Below are positions 33,490 to 43,262 of a DNA stretch of 64,000 nt, in pieces. Each line of letters begins with the position of its first letter. Positions within the stretch are counted from its first letter, which is position 1. Source of the DNA: Rhabdothermincola salaria (GTDB taxonomy: Bacteria > Actinomycetota > Acidimicrobiia > Acidimicrobiales > Acidimicrobilacustridaceae); assembly GCF_021246445.1 (NCBI RefSeq), contig NZ_JAJQXW010000003.1:1-64000 (forward strand), read 5' to 3'. The position numbers were made by a program, and so were the translations under genes. The notes beneath the pieces were generated by a model, which was not told where the DNA came from, did not search any database, and was given only the letters and a program-made list of their open reading frames with translations.

Positions 33490-35286
33490 TCAGCCGACGG
33501 GGGTGTCGTCGCCGAGGGCGGCGACCGCGTCGCGCAGGGCGAGGGTGCGACCGGCCGTCCAGTCGTCGGGCGCCGCCACCGCCACCCACGCGTCGGGCAT
33601 GTTGGGGTCGTAGTTGTGCCCGTACCCGGGCGGGGCGCTGAACCCGGCCATGAGGTCGAACACCTCCTGCACCAGGGTCACGCCGGGGACCCAGAGGAAC
33701 GGACCCGAGACGCCGGGTCCGACCGGATCGGCCATCCAGTCGGGTCTGCTCCACAGCGAGTCGACGTTGACCCACGTGACCGGGTCGGTGGCGTGGGTGA
33801 GGTACACGACGGGGTTGCCGGGCAACGCTCCGGCGATCGCGTCCTCGCCGGGGGTGCCGCGCAGGGTCACCCCGTCGACCTCGGGCGCCCACGACGGCGT
33901 GCCTGCCGGGCGGGCCTGCACCACGTCGCGCCAGATGGGGTTGGCGAAGGTGGGCCCGGCCCACAGCACGGCGTCGGGCAGCTCGGTGGCCGCAGCCAGC
34001 GAGCCATCGAGGCTGCCGCGGTCGAACACCTCCTCGCTGCCGTAGGAGCCGAGGCTGAGCCCGAAGAACACCAACCGGGGCCGATCGTCCTCCGGCAGCT
34101 CGGCCCACCGTTCGGTGACCGCGGCGGCCAGGGCGCGAGCGTTCTCGGCGGCCTTGTCGAGGTCGACGAGGAAGGAGATCCAGCTGGGCAGGTACGAGTA
34201 CTGGGTGCCGACGATCGCCGTGTCGCCGGCCCGCAGGAGCTCGAGTGACGACGACGAGACCGGGTCGATCCAGCCGGTGCCGGTGACGGTGACCACGGCC
34301 AGCACCGAGCGGTCCCAGGCCCCGGTGCGGTCGAGCTCCTCGACGGCGAGGGCGGCCTGGGCCTCGGGACCGTCGGCGGACTTCAGCCCCGCGTACACCC
34401 GGATGGGTTCCATGGCCTCAGCGTCGGGGCCGGCGAAGTCCTGGAGCTGTTCGAGGGTGGGGCCGCCGGCGGCGAAGCTGCGGCCTTCGTACCCGAGCGT
34501 GTCCCACGGCACCAGCGATGCCGGGCTCCCCGAGCGCTCGGGCGCGGTCGGCGCCACGACCCCGGGAGGCGTCTCGTCGTCGAAGGTGCCGAAGCTGGCG
34601 TTGAGCCGGTCGAGCAGCTCGGTGGCGACCACGTCACGGGTGACCACCACCGACACGACGACCACGATGACCACGGTGGCGGCCACGGCCAGGGGGCGGG
34701 GCACGTAGCGGGTGATGCGCCGGTCGATCCGCCGGATCAGCCAGGCCACGCTGCGGCCGATGACGAAGAGCACCAGGCCCACGCCGACGGCGACGAGCAC
34801 GAACGGCACCAGCTGGACCTGGCTCATGGGCTCCATGCCCAGGACCTCGCGCTGGTCGTTCTGCCAGGTGACCCACGCGCCCAGGCCGGCCACTGTGATG
34901 ACCCCGGCGATGCCGGCGAAGATCTGGCGACCGTAGGGCAGGACCGCGGGCACCGGGCGGCCGGCGAGGCGCCACACCATGGTGGCCACCCAGGCCACCA
35001 GGGACCCGACCGCCAGGCCGAGCGTCACGGCGACGGCGGTGATGACGCCTTGGACGAGGCCCGAGCGGGGCATGAGCGACGGGAAGACCGACGCCCAGGC
35101 GAACGCCAGCGCCACCCAGCACGGGAAGTGGGCCACCGGGCGCAGCAGGGCGGTGCGCCAGCGCTCGGGTCGTGCTCGCCCTGCCGGGGGTCGGGGCTCG
35201 TCGGTCGCCGCTTCGGGGTGCGTGTCCACTCTGACCTCGTCGACGACCGCGGGCCGGGCGCCCGTCTCCTCGCGTCGTGGGGCCAT
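33490..35286 (-). CDS. Membrane-anchored alpha/beta-hydrolase family protein (Abhydrolase_9-like)
   Basis: PSLMPR, N-terminal TMs, WDTLGYEGRSF, PIRVYAGL, TGTGW, QYSYLPSW, GLSLGS, DPVTW, GYGHNY. Confidence 0.85.
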   Translation of the reverse strand: MAPRREETGARPAVVDEVRVDTHPEAATDEPRPPAGRARPERWRTALLRPVAHFPCWVALAFAWASVFPSLMPRSGLVQGVITAVAVTLGLAVGSLVAWVATMVWRLAGRPVPAVLPYGRQIFAGIAGVITVAGLGAWVTWQNDQREVLGMEPMSQVQLVPFVLVAVGVGLVLFVIGRSVAWLIRRIDRRITRYVPRPLAVAATVVIVVVVSVVVTRDVVATELLDRLNASFGTFDDETPPGVVAPTAPERSGSPASLVPWDTLGYEGRSFAAGGPTLEQLQDFAGPDAEAMEPIRVYAGLKSADGPEAQAALAVEELDRTGAWDRSVLAVVTVTGTGWIDPVSSSSLELLRAGDTAIVGTQYSYLPSWISFLVDLDKAAENARALAAAVTERWAELPEDDRPRLVFFGLSLGSYGSEEVFDRGSLDGSLAAATELPDAVLWAGPTFANPIWRDVVQARPAGTPSWAPEVDGVTLRGTPGEDAIAGALPGNPVVYLTHATDPVTWVNVDSLWSRPDWMADPVGPGVSGPFLWVPGVTLVQEVFDLMAGFSAPPGYGHNYDPNMPDAWVAVAAPDDWTAGRTLALRDAVAALGDDTPVG

Positions 35287-35361
35287 CCTGCCTCACGCGA
35301 CGATCCGGCCCGGGGAGTCCCGCGGGCCGGATCGTTCGGTGTCGTGGTCGGTGCGCCGAGC

Positions 35362-36969
35362 TCAGCCGGCGTCGGCGGAGGCGGTGTCCTTGGCCCAGCG
35401 GTAGTCGGCCTTGCCGGCCGGGGAGCGCTTGATGGACTCCACGAAGGTGACGGCCCGGGGGGTCTTGTAGCCGGCGATGGTCTGGCGGCAGTGGGCGCTG
35501 AGGTCCTCGACCGTCGGACGGGCGTCGCCCCGAGCGGCGATCACGGCCACCACCCGCTCGCCCCAGCGGTCGTCGGGGACACCGACGACGAGGGCGTCGA
35601 AGACGTCGGGGTGGCTCTTGAGCGCCTCCTCGACCTCCTCGGGATAGACCTTCTCGCCACCGGTGTTGATGCACTGCGACCCGCGGCCGAGCAGGGTGAC
35701 GATGCCGTCGTCGTCGACGGTGGCGAAGTCCCCGGGCACCGACCAGCGGTTGCCGTCGGCGTCGGTGGGGAAGGTGGCGGCCGTCTTGGCCTCGTCCTTG
35801 TAGTAGCCGAGCGGGATGTGCCCGCGACGGGCGAGGCGTCCGACCTCTCCGGGGGCGACCGGACGGAGGTCGTCGTCGATGACCTGCAGCTCGGGGCCTA
35901 CCACGAAGCGGCGGGGGCCACCCTCCGCGCTCATGCCGCCGGCCCCGGTCTCGGACGCGCCGTAGGCGTCCATCACCTGCACGTGGGGAATGAGCTCCTT
36001 GAGCTGGCCCTGCACGGCCGGCGAGAACACGCCACCGCCCGAACCGATGCGGAACATGCCCGAGAGGTCGTAGGCGTCGGGCTTCTCGGCCAGGGCGTCG
36101 GCGAGGGGCCGGGCCATGGCGTCGCCGACGAGCGTGAGGCCCATGCACTTCTCACGCTCGGCCAGGGCCCACACCGCGTGGGGATCGAGACCCCGCTCCG
36201 TGTAGAGGCAGACGCCGGCCCCGGCGAACATCATCCCGCACATCCCCCACTGCGCAGCGCCGTGCATGAGGGGAGCGATGATCAGGCTGGGCCGGGCGAA
36301 CTCCTCCGGCAGCGATCGTTCGGTGATCCCCTGCGGGCTGGTCACCGGTTCGGGACCGAGGCCCGAGGACAGAGCGGCGAAGAAGAGGTCCTCGTGCCGC
36401 CACATCACACCCTTGGGCATGCCGGTGGTGCCGCCGGTGTAGAGGAAGTAGAGGTCGTCGTCGGAGCGCTGGTTGCCGATGGCGCTGGTGTCCTGGGCCC
36501 CCACCACGTCGTCGTAGCGGGCGGCGTCGCCGGCATCGGCGTCGGAGCCGTCCTCGATCACGATGCGGTGCTTCAGCTTGGGCAGCTTGGGGGCGATCTC
36601 GTCGACGATCGGGGCGAACGAGCGCTCGAAGATCAACACCTCGGCGTCGGAGTTCTCGAGCACGTACTCGAGCTCGTGGGCCACGTAGCGGTAGTTGATG
36701 TTGATCGGCACGACCCGGGCCTTGAAGGCGCCGAAGAAGACCTCGGCCCATTCGGACCGGTTCCACGAGTACATGGCCACCTTGGCCTCGGGCTCGAGGC
36801 CGAGGTCGAGCAGGGCCCGGGCCACCTGGTTGGTGCGCTCGTCGAACTCACGGAACGTGTAGCGCACGTCGCCGGCCACCACCGCCAGTCGGTCGGGGAC
36901 GCTCTCGGCGACGATCTCGAGCAGGTCGCCGAGGTTGTAGGTGCGCGTCGGCGTGGTGGTGTCGGGCAT
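35362..36969 (-). CDS. Acyl-CoA synthetase (FadD19-like)
   Basis: YTGGTTGMPKGVMWRHED, YGASETG, GRGSQCINTGGEKVYPEEVE, RSPAGKADYRW. Confidence 0.92.
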   Translation of the reverse strand: MPDTTTPTRTYNLGDLLEIVAESVPDRLAVVAGDVRYTFREFDERTNQVARALLDLGLEPEAKVAMYSWNRSEWAEVFFGAFKARVVPININYRYVAHELEYVLENSDAEVLIFERSFAPIVDEIAPKLPKLKHRIVIEDGSDADAGDAARYDDVVGAQDTSAIGNQRSDDDLYFLYTGGTTGMPKGVMWRHEDLFFAALSSGLGPEPVTSPQGITERSLPEEFARPSLIIAPLMHGAAQWGMCGMMFAGAGVCLYTERGLDPHAVWALAEREKCMGLTLVGDAMARPLADALAEKPDAYDLSGMFRIGSGGGVFSPAVQGQLKELIPHVQVMDAYGASETGAGGMSAEGGPRRFVVGPELQVIDDDLRPVAPGEVGRLARRGHIPLGYYKDEAKTAATFPTDADGNRWSVPGDFATVDDDGIVTLLGRGSQCINTGGEKVYPEEVEEALKSHPDVFDALVVGVPDDRWGERVVAVIAARGDARPTVEDLSAHCRQTIAGYKTPRAVTFVESIKRSPAGKADYRWAKDTASADAG

Positions 36970-37000
36970 TGCTTCCCCCAGTGGGCGGTCGTGAACTCAG

Positions 37001-37013
37001 TTGACAGTGTAAA
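37001..37013. promoter_or_regulatory. AT-rich palindromic operator/promoter candidate upstream of the acyl-CoA synthetase
   Basis: TTGACA-g-TGTAAA, an imperfect inverted repeat about 30 nt upstream of ATG 36969. Confidence 0.45.
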
Positions 37014-37106
37014 GCAGCCGGAAGACCGGGCTGCCGGGTCGGTCCCGTCGTCGCGTCGGTCCCGTCGGGCCGTCGCTCGACGGCAGCCGCCGTGCCGGAC
37101 CGACGG

Positions 37107-37886
37107 TCAGGTGGCGGCGTCGATGGCGGCGAAGTCCGGTTGGCGCTTCTCGGCGAAGGCGCTGAGGGCCTCGATGTTGGCCGGGGCGCCCATGAGCACG
37201 GCGAAGGCGGCGTTCTCGCGCTCGCGGGCGGCCTCGATGTCGGCCGCGAACGGGGCGATGATGGCCGCCTTGGAGGTGACCAGGCTGTCGATGGGCTTGG
37301 CCGCCAGGACCCGGGCGTGGGCCATGGTCGTCTCCATGAGCTGGTCCGGCCCGCAGACCTTCCAGGCCAGACCCATCTCGTGGCACTCCTGGGCGGTGAG
37401 CCACTCCGAGCTGAGCAGGGCCCAGGTGGCGTTCTGGCGCCCGACCAGGCGGGGGAACGTGAAGCTGCTGGCCGCCTCGGGGGCCACGGCGAGGCTGGTG
37501 AAGGGGCACTTGAGCCGGGCGGTGTCGGCCATGAACACCAGGTCGGCGAAGCCCACCATGGTGGCGCCGATGCCCACCCCCAGGCCGTTGACGGCCAGCA
37601 GCAACGGCTTGGGGAAGCCGGCCAACTGGTCGATGAGGCCCGGGAAGCCGTACCGGCCCGGGGTGAAGTCCGGACCCATGCGGGCCGCCATCTCCAACAG
37701 GTCGGTGCCGGCCGAGAAGGCCCCCTCGCTGCCGGTGATGACCACCACGGCCACGCTGCGGTCCTCCGCCGCGGCCATGAGGGCCTCGGTGGTGGCGTCG
37801 TAGAGGGCCTCGTTGAAGGCGTTGCGGGCCTCGGGGCGGTCGAGGGTGAGGACGCGCACCCGGTCGGTGTCGTGGATCTTCAACAT
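37107..37886 (-). CDS. Enoyl-CoA hydratase/isomerase family protein
   Basis: LTLDRPEARNAF, AFSAGTDL, KPLLLAVNGLGVGIG, APEAASS. Confidence 0.9.
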   Translation of the reverse strand: MLKIHDTDRVRVLTLDRPEARNAFNEALYDATTEALMAAAEDRSVAVVVITGSEGAFSAGTDLLEMAARMGPDFTPGRYGFPGLIDQLAGFPKPLLLAVNGLGVGIGATMVGFADLVFMADTARLKCPFTSLAVAPEAASSFTFPRLVGRQNATWALLSSEWLTAQECHEMGLAWKVCGPDQLMETTMAHARVLAAKPIDSLVTSKAAIIAPFAADIEAARERENAAFAVLMGAPANIEALSAFAEKRQPDFAAIDAAT

Positions 37887-37903
37887 GTCGTCGATGCCCC
37901 CGG

Positions 37904-38914
37904 TCAGTCGAGGACCAGCTCGGCGGCCTGGCGCAGCGCCTCGGGGCTGCGGGCGCCGAGCATGATCGTGGTGACGGGGCTGTCCTTCCAGGCCTGGAGG
38001 CGGTCCTTGATGCGCGACGCCGGCCCGACGAGGGAGATCTCGTCGGCGAAGTCGTCGGGCACGGCGGCGATGGCCTCGTCGCGCTTGCCCTCGAAGAAGA
38101 GGTCCTGGATCTTGTAGGCCTCCTCCTCGAAGCCCATCCGGGCCATGAGCTTGGTGTGGTAGTTCTGGCCCTTGGCGCCCATGCCGCCGATGTAGAAGCC
38201 GAGGGAGGCCTTCACCGGCCACAGGCCCTGCTCCACGTCGTCGGTCACGTTGAAGGTGACCAGGGCGTTGATCTCGAAGCCGTCCTTGGCGCCGGCGATC
38301 TGGTCGGCGTACACCTCCGGGCGGTACGGCGAGTAGTAGAGCGGGAACCACCCGTCCGCGATCTCGGCGGTCTGAGTGACGTTCTTGGGGCCCTCGGCCC
38401 CGATGAAGATCGGGATCTCCGAGCGCAGGGGGTGGGTCATGATCTTGAGCGGCTTGCCCAGCCCGGTGCTGTCGGGGCCGTCGTAGGGCATCGGGTAGAA
38501 GGGCCCGTCGTTGGTGAGGTGCTCCTCGCGCCGGAACGCCCGGCGGATGATGTCGACGTACTCGCGGGTGCGGGCCAGGGGCTTGTTGGCGGGCTGGCCG
38601 TACCACCCCTCCACCACCTGCGGGCCGCTGACCCCGAGGCCGAGGATCATGCGGCCGCCGGAGAGGTGGTCGAGGGTCATGGCCGACATGGCGGTGGCCA
38701 CCGGCGTACGGGCCGCGATCTGCACCACCGAGGTGCCGAGGCGCACCTTCTCGGTGTGCGCCGCGATCCACGCCAGCGGGGTGAAGGCGTCCGAGCCCCA
38801 GGACTCAGCCGTCCAGACCGAGTCGAACCCGAGCTTCTCGGCCTCCTGGCTCAGCTCCACGATGTTCGCCGGCGGCTGTGCCGGCCAGTAGCCCCAGACG
38901 AGACCGAGCTTCAT
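37904..38914 (-). CDS. LLM class F420-dependent oxidoreductase
   Basis: WTAESWGSDA, TLDHLSGGRMILGLGVSGPQVVEGWYG, GAEGPKNV. Confidence 0.92.
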   Translation of the reverse strand: MKLGLVWGYWPAQPPANIVELSQEAEKLGFDSVWTAESWGSDAFTPLAWIAAHTEKVRLGTSVVQIAARTPVATAMSAMTLDHLSGGRMILGLGVSGPQVVEGWYGQPANKPLARTREYVDIIRRAFRREEHLTNDGPFYPMPYDGPDSTGLGKPLKIMTHPLRSEIPIFIGAEGPKNVTQTAEIADGWFPLYYSPYRPEVYADQIAGAKDGFEINALVTFNVTDDVEQGLWPVKASLGFYIGGMGAKGQNYHTKLMARMGFEEEAYKIQDLFFEGKRDEAIAAVPDDFADEISLVGPASRIKDRLQAWKDSPVTTIMLGARSPEALRQAAELVLD

Positions 38915-39007
38915 GTCACTCCCCCATCGGCGCCGTTCGCCGGCGCGTCGTCGAAGAGCCGATCCTCGCCCGTGGCGGACCCCGTCGGCAAACGGTGGCG
39001 CCGATCG

Positions 39008-39628
39008 TCACCCGGCCGAAGGTCCGAAGGCGAGCATGGTCGTCGGCTCCTGGCCCGTGGGGAGCCGGAGCGCCGTCGCGAGCGCGGCGTCGTCGAAGCC
39101 GGCCACGACGACGCACCCCAGTCCGAGGGCGGCGGCCTGGAGGTGGACGTTCTCGGCCACTGCGCCCGTCTCGATCTGGGCGTACCGACGACCACGCTGG
39201 CCGGGCGGGGACTGGTCCCGGAAGTGCTCGACCATCGCGGACATCTCCGCCACCACCACCAGGACCAGTGGCGCCTGACCGACCCATGGCTGGTCGTCGA
39301 GGGCGCACCGTTCGAGGACCGGTCGGTGGTCGCCCTCGGCGACGAGGGCGAGCGAGTGCGGGCCGGGTCGATAGCGGTGAAGACCCTGCTCGACACCGCC
39401 CACGGCACCGGCGGCGACGAGGACGTGGAGCGGGTGCAGGCTCCCGGCCGACGGCGCGGCGCGCCGACCGTCGCCGGTGATCCCCTGCGCGGCCCACAGG
39501 ATCTGCGAGAGCTGGTCGAGCGAGACCTGTCGGTCCGCGGCGAACGAACGGCAGCTCCGGCGATCGGCGATGGCGGCTTCGACGGACACCTCGCCGGAGG
39601 TGGAGGGCGACGGGAGCCGAGTGTCCAT
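39008..39628 (-). CDS. SagB/ThcOx-type nitroreductase family protein (stand-alone)
   Basis: RRSCRSF, LSQILWAAQG, RAAPSAGSLHP, ETGAVAENVHLQA, GFDD. Confidence 0.88.
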   Translation of the reverse strand: MDTRLPSPSTSGEVSVEAAIADRRSCRSFAADRQVSLDQLSQILWAAQGITGDGRRAAPSAGSLHPLHVLVAAGAVGGVEQGLHRYRPGPHSLALVAEGDHRPVLERCALDDQPWVGQAPLVLVVVAEMSAMVEHFRDQSPPGQRGRRYAQIETGAVAENVHLQAAALGLGCVVVAGFDDAALATALRLPTGQEPTTMLAFGPSAG

Positions 39629-39679
39629 CGGTCCAGCCTCGCACCCGCATCGAACGTCCGAGGGGGCTCGTGCGTCAGT

Positions 39680-39727
39680 CTCTGCACATGTCGGAGCGTC
39701 TCGCTCTGCACTTGGCGGAGCGTCTCG
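39680..39727. repeat. 24-bp intergenic tandem repeat, 2 units
   Basis: ctctgcacatgtcggagcgtctcg / ctctgcacttggcggagcgtctcg (2 mismatches). Confidence 0.75.
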
Positions 39728-39837
39728 GACACCGACGGCGACTCCACCAGCTCGAGCTGGGAGGTCTCGATGCGACGACCTTCGCCGCGACTTCCCGACG
39801 GCCCACCGGGAGCAGCGGTGCGACTGAAGCGCGGGCG

Positions 39838-40956
39838 TCAGAACTCGGTCGGGGGGACCGCCAGCATCACGGCGGTGAAGCGGGCGGGGGTGTCGCCGAC
39901 GTTGCGCCACTTGTGCCAGGTGCCGCGCTGGACGATGCAGTCGCCGGCGCTCAACCGCACCGGACCTCCGTCGGGCAGGGCCAGCTCGATCTCGCCCTCC
40001 ACGATCACGTCGAGGTCGATGGTGTCGGTGCGGTGGACGGCGGGATCGTCGGGGTCGTGGTGGCCGGTGGTGCGCATGCCGGGCACCCGCACCGCCATCT
40101 CGTTGCCCACGTCCGGCGCCGTCATGGCCAGGCGAGCGGCGGCCGCTGCAGGCGGCAGGACGATGTGCTTGAACGAGATGCCCCCGCCGATGGGGTGCAG
40201 CTGCATCCACGGGCGCACGGCGTCGCCGCCCTGCAGCGGCGAGCCGAGCGGGCCGCTGCCGGTCTCCCAGAGCGCCCCGTACCCGATGGCGCCCCCGGCG
40301 AAGGAGAACGTGCCCGGGGCCTCCCCGTCGGTGACGACGATGCTGCGGCCGCTGCCGTCGAGCCCGGTGACCACCCGACGGGGCCCGATGCCGGCCGGCG
40401 CCGGGGTGGGGCGAGGGGCGAGGTCGGCCGCCGGCCACGGTGCCGCAGCGGGGTCGGGGCGCAGCATCACCACCGAGTAGGTGCACGGCCTACCACCGAG
40501 GACCCGCCAGCGGTGCTCGGTGCCGCGCTGCACGACCGTGTCGCCCGGACCGAGCCGCACCGCTCCGTCCTCGACCTCGAGCTCGATGTGGCCGTCGAGC
40601 ACGGTCATGAGATCGAGGGTGTCGGTGGCGTGCATGCCTCGCTGGCCGCCGGTGGGCTCACGCCCGGGGACGTCGAGGAACTGCTGCTCCCTGGGCGCCC
40701 GGGGATCGGGAGCGGGGATGCGGATGATGCGCCACGTGAGCCCGCCAGGAGGCGGTTCGAGAGGGAAGCCTTCGCCGAGGGAGTCCCCGCCATCGGCCGG
40801 GGAGGTGGGTGCGGCGTCGAGCGCCCACACGTCGGCGACACCGAAGCCGCCCTCGGGATCGGCGACGAACGACGGGGGGCGCCCGTCGCTCGTCCACATC
40901 GACCGGCCCTTGGCGTCGACCTCGGTCACCACCCGACGCACGGTGAACGGATCCAT
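39838..40956 (-). CDS. Double cupin-domain protein
   Basis: Two repeats: RRVVT...MHATDTLD...VQRGTEHRW and RRVVTG...HRTDTID...VQRGTWHKW. SD GGGGGAG precedes ATG 40956. Confidence 0.85.
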   Translation of the reverse strand: MDPFTVRRVVTEVDAKGRSMWTSDGRPPSFVADPEGGFGVADVWALDAAPTSPADGGDSLGEGFPLEPPPGGLTWRIIRIPAPDPRAPREQQFLDVPGREPTGGQRGMHATDTLDLMTVLDGHIELEVEDGAVRLGPGDTVVQRGTEHRWRVLGGRPCTYSVVMLRPDPAAAPWPAADLAPRPTPAPAGIGPRRVVTGLDGSGRSIVVTDGEAPGTFSFAGGAIGYGALWETGSGPLGSPLQGGDAVRPWMQLHPIGGGISFKHIVLPPAAAAARLAMTAPDVGNEMAVRVPGMRTTGHHDPDDPAVHRTDTIDLDVIVEGEIELALPDGGPVRLSAGDCIVQRGTWHKWRNVGDTPARFTAVMLAVPPTEF

Positions 40957-41062
40957 GGCTCCCCCTCTGTCCCACCCCCGGTGACAACCTCCCTTCTCTA
41001 GCGCACGGTTCGCACTCGTGCCTCGGAGCGCATCGATCCCACGTGCCGACCGCACCGGCCAC

Positions 41063-41084
41063 TGTCCCACCCCCTCCGTATGCT
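41063..41084 (+). promoter_or_regulatory. RecA-NDp/PafBC-like DNA-damage promoter, leaderless
   Basis: TGTC-CCAC-N8-TATGCT, 6 nt, ATG(41091). Spacing equals the TGTCRGTG-N8-TAnnnT consensus. Confidence 0.5.
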
Positions 41085-41090
41085 TGTTCC

Positions 41091-43130
41091 ATGTCCGAGA
41101 ACGCCCCCAACCTGGTGTCGACCACGTCGTCGGCTGCGGGCCTCGCCGGCGTGGTCGAGGGGCCGTGGCTGGCGGCGGCGGGGCGGCCCGTGCCGATCCC
41201 CGACCGGGACCGGTTCGTCGCCGTCGAGCAACGTGGCGGGGTCTCCCAGGGACTGGCCGACGCCATCGCCGACCTCGACGACGAGGCGCTCGAACTGCGG
41301 GGGCGCGAGCTGGCGGGCGTCATCTCCGCGGCCCAGGCCGAGCTGGCGCTGCTGTTGGCCGAGATCGACGCCCGGGGCCTCCCGGGCCGCAACGAGTGCG
41401 CCACCCTCTCGCGCTTCACCGGTTGGCGCATGGGCCTCGGGAGCGGACAGACCCGTCGGTTGGCCGACCTCGGCCGGGCCATGCGCTCCATGCCCGTGCT
41501 GGCCGAGGCCGTCTGCGATGCCACCGTCAGCGTCGACAAGGGGGTGGCGGTGGCCCGGGCCGCCGACGTCTCCTCCGAAGCCGGCCTGGTGGCCCTCGCC
41601 GCCCAGACCACCGTCGCCCAGACCGAGCGCCTCACCCGCCAGTGGCGCCGCCTCAAGGAGACCCGACCCGAGCTCATAGACGACGACGGCGCCGACCCCG
41701 ACGATCCCGAGGCGCCCACCGCCGCGGAGCTCGGCTACCACCCCACCGTCGTGGTGATCCGAGACGACGACGGCGTCGAGCTCCGGGCCCGGTTCGACCA
41801 CGCCGACGGCGAGCTGGTGCTCGCCGGGCTCGACCGCTTCACCGACACCGAGCGCAAGGCCCGGCGCGACGCCGCTCCCGCCGACCCGGCCCGGGCGAAC
41901 CCGGCCTGGCGACCTCCCCCACCCGGCCCCGATGGCAGGGGAAGCGAGGCGGAGACGGCCAGAGCCGGGGGTGACGCTCCGCCCGCTCTGCAGCCGGGCG
42001 GCGTGGACGATCACCCGGCCGAGCGGCTCACCCGTGAGCAGTGGCGAGGCCACGGTCTGCTGGCCCTGTTCTCGGCGGCGGAGACCACCGAGTCCCACCC
42101 CGACACCCTGCAGCCCAACGGCTTCGCCACCCAGGTGGTGATGCACGTCGACGTCGACCTGCTCCTCGACCCCGTCGATGGCCACTGCGACGACTGCGGT
42201 CAACCCGTCGACGTGGTCGCCCCCACCCACACCACCCTGCTCCACCCCACCTCGACGTCGGGCGAGGAGCCGCCGCCGGGTGCATCTGGCCAGCGGCCGC
42301 CCCGCGAACCTGGCACATCGCCGCCGGGCCCCGCCGAGCGCCCACGGTCCGCGGAGCGGCCATCCCCGGGGGCGGCGCCTCCCACCGCGGCCACGTCGAC
42401 TGGGTCGCCGCCCACGCCGCCAGCCTCCACCGGGTCACCGATCCGCCGAGAACCTGCACCCGCCACGTCGCCACCCACCGCCGTTCCCGCCGGGGCCGAG
42501 CCGGCTCCCCTCGACGACCTCTCGTCGTTCCGCCCACCCGGCCCGATGCGCGAGCTCGAACCGAGGGGCGTGCACCTGCGCCGCGACCTCGCCCGCTTCC
42601 TGGCCTGCGACGCCGGCTTCCTCACCGTGGTCGACGACGCCGACGGCAACCCCCTGCACCTCGGTCCCCGCACCCAGACCGTCACCCCCACCCAGCGGCG
42701 GGCCATGTCCCTGCGCTACCGGCACTGCCAGTGGCCGGGCTGCACGGCCGCCCGCGTCGACGCCCACCATCGCCACCACCGGGCCGACGGGGGCCACGAC
42801 GACGTGGAGAGCCTCCTGCCCCTGTGCCGCTACCACCACCGCCAGGTGCACCTGCGGCGCATCACCGTCACCACCGATGCACGCGGTCGCCCCACGTTCA
42901 CCCGCCCGGACGGCAGCACCATCGATGCCCACCCCGCCCTGCCGGGTGGCGTGGCCGATGCCTCTGAGGCCGCAGCACGTCTCTTCGAGCGCCACGTGGC
43001 CGCCGGGGCCGACCCCCTCGAGCCGGCCCGGCGCCCCCGTTGGCTCGGTGATCCCCTCCGGTTGGGCGACGCCGTCGACGCGGTGATCAGCAGACAGCAG
43101 CGGGCCCGCCGCCGCACCCGAGCCAGCTGA
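41091..43130 (+). CDS. DUF222 + HNH endonuclease-signature protein
   Basis: Helical N-terminus (LALLLAEIDARG...WRMGL), ARFLACDA, GNPLHLG, TPTQRRAM, CQWPGC, DAHH, LCRYHHRQVH. Confidence 0.88.
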   Translation: MSENAPNLVSTTSSAAGLAGVVEGPWLAAAGRPVPIPDRDRFVAVEQRGGVSQGLADAIADLDDEALELRGRELAGVISAAQAELALLLAEIDARGLPGRNECATLSRFTGWRMGLGSGQTRRLADLGRAMRSMPVLAEAVCDATVSVDKGVAVARAADVSSEAGLVALAAQTTVAQTERLTRQWRRLKETRPELIDDDGADPDDPEAPTAAELGYHPTVVVIRDDDGVELRARFDHADGELVLAGLDRFTDTERKARRDAAPADPARANPAWRPPPPGPDGRGSEAETARAGGDAPPALQPGGVDDHPAERLTREQWRGHGLLALFSAAETTESHPDTLQPNGFATQVVMHVDVDLLLDPVDGHCDDCGQPVDVVAPTHTTLLHPTSTSGEEPPPGASGQRPPREPGTSPPGPAERPRSAERPSPGAAPPTAATSTGSPPTPPASTGSPIRREPAPATSPPTAVPAGAEPAPLDDLSSFRPPGPMRELEPRGVHLRRDLARFLACDAGFLTVVDDADGNPLHLGPRTQTVTPTQRRAMSLRYRHCQWPGCTAARVDAHHRHHRADGGHDDVESLLPLCRYHHRQVHLRRITVTTDARGRPTFTRPDGSTIDAHPALPGGVADASEAAARLFERHVAAGADPLEPARRPRWLGDPLRLGDAVDAVISRQQRARRRTRAS

Positions 43131-43262
43131 GGGCCAGCGAGGACGGCCCGGAGCCCGGGCGCTCCGGGCGCTCCGGGCGCTCTCCATCGTCGAACCGCAC
43201 CGCCGACGGCCTCAGCAGCTCCCACGACGAGAGCCCGCTCGACAGCGGACCCCCATGGCGAA

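Noticed and set aside
39008..39628. RiPP (thiazole/oxazole) cluster suggested by the SagB-like gene
   Set aside because: No YcaO, precursor peptide or RRE nearby; stand-alone SagB-type nitroreductases are common.
41091..43130. HNH protein as an anti-phage defence system or transposon
   Set aside because: Typical dispersed DUF222-HNH gene; no partner defence genes, terminal inverted repeats or target duplication identified.
43146..43182. 9-bp repeat (ccgggcgct x3) after the HNH gene
   Set aside because: Short and GC-rich; at most part of a terminator between convergent genes.
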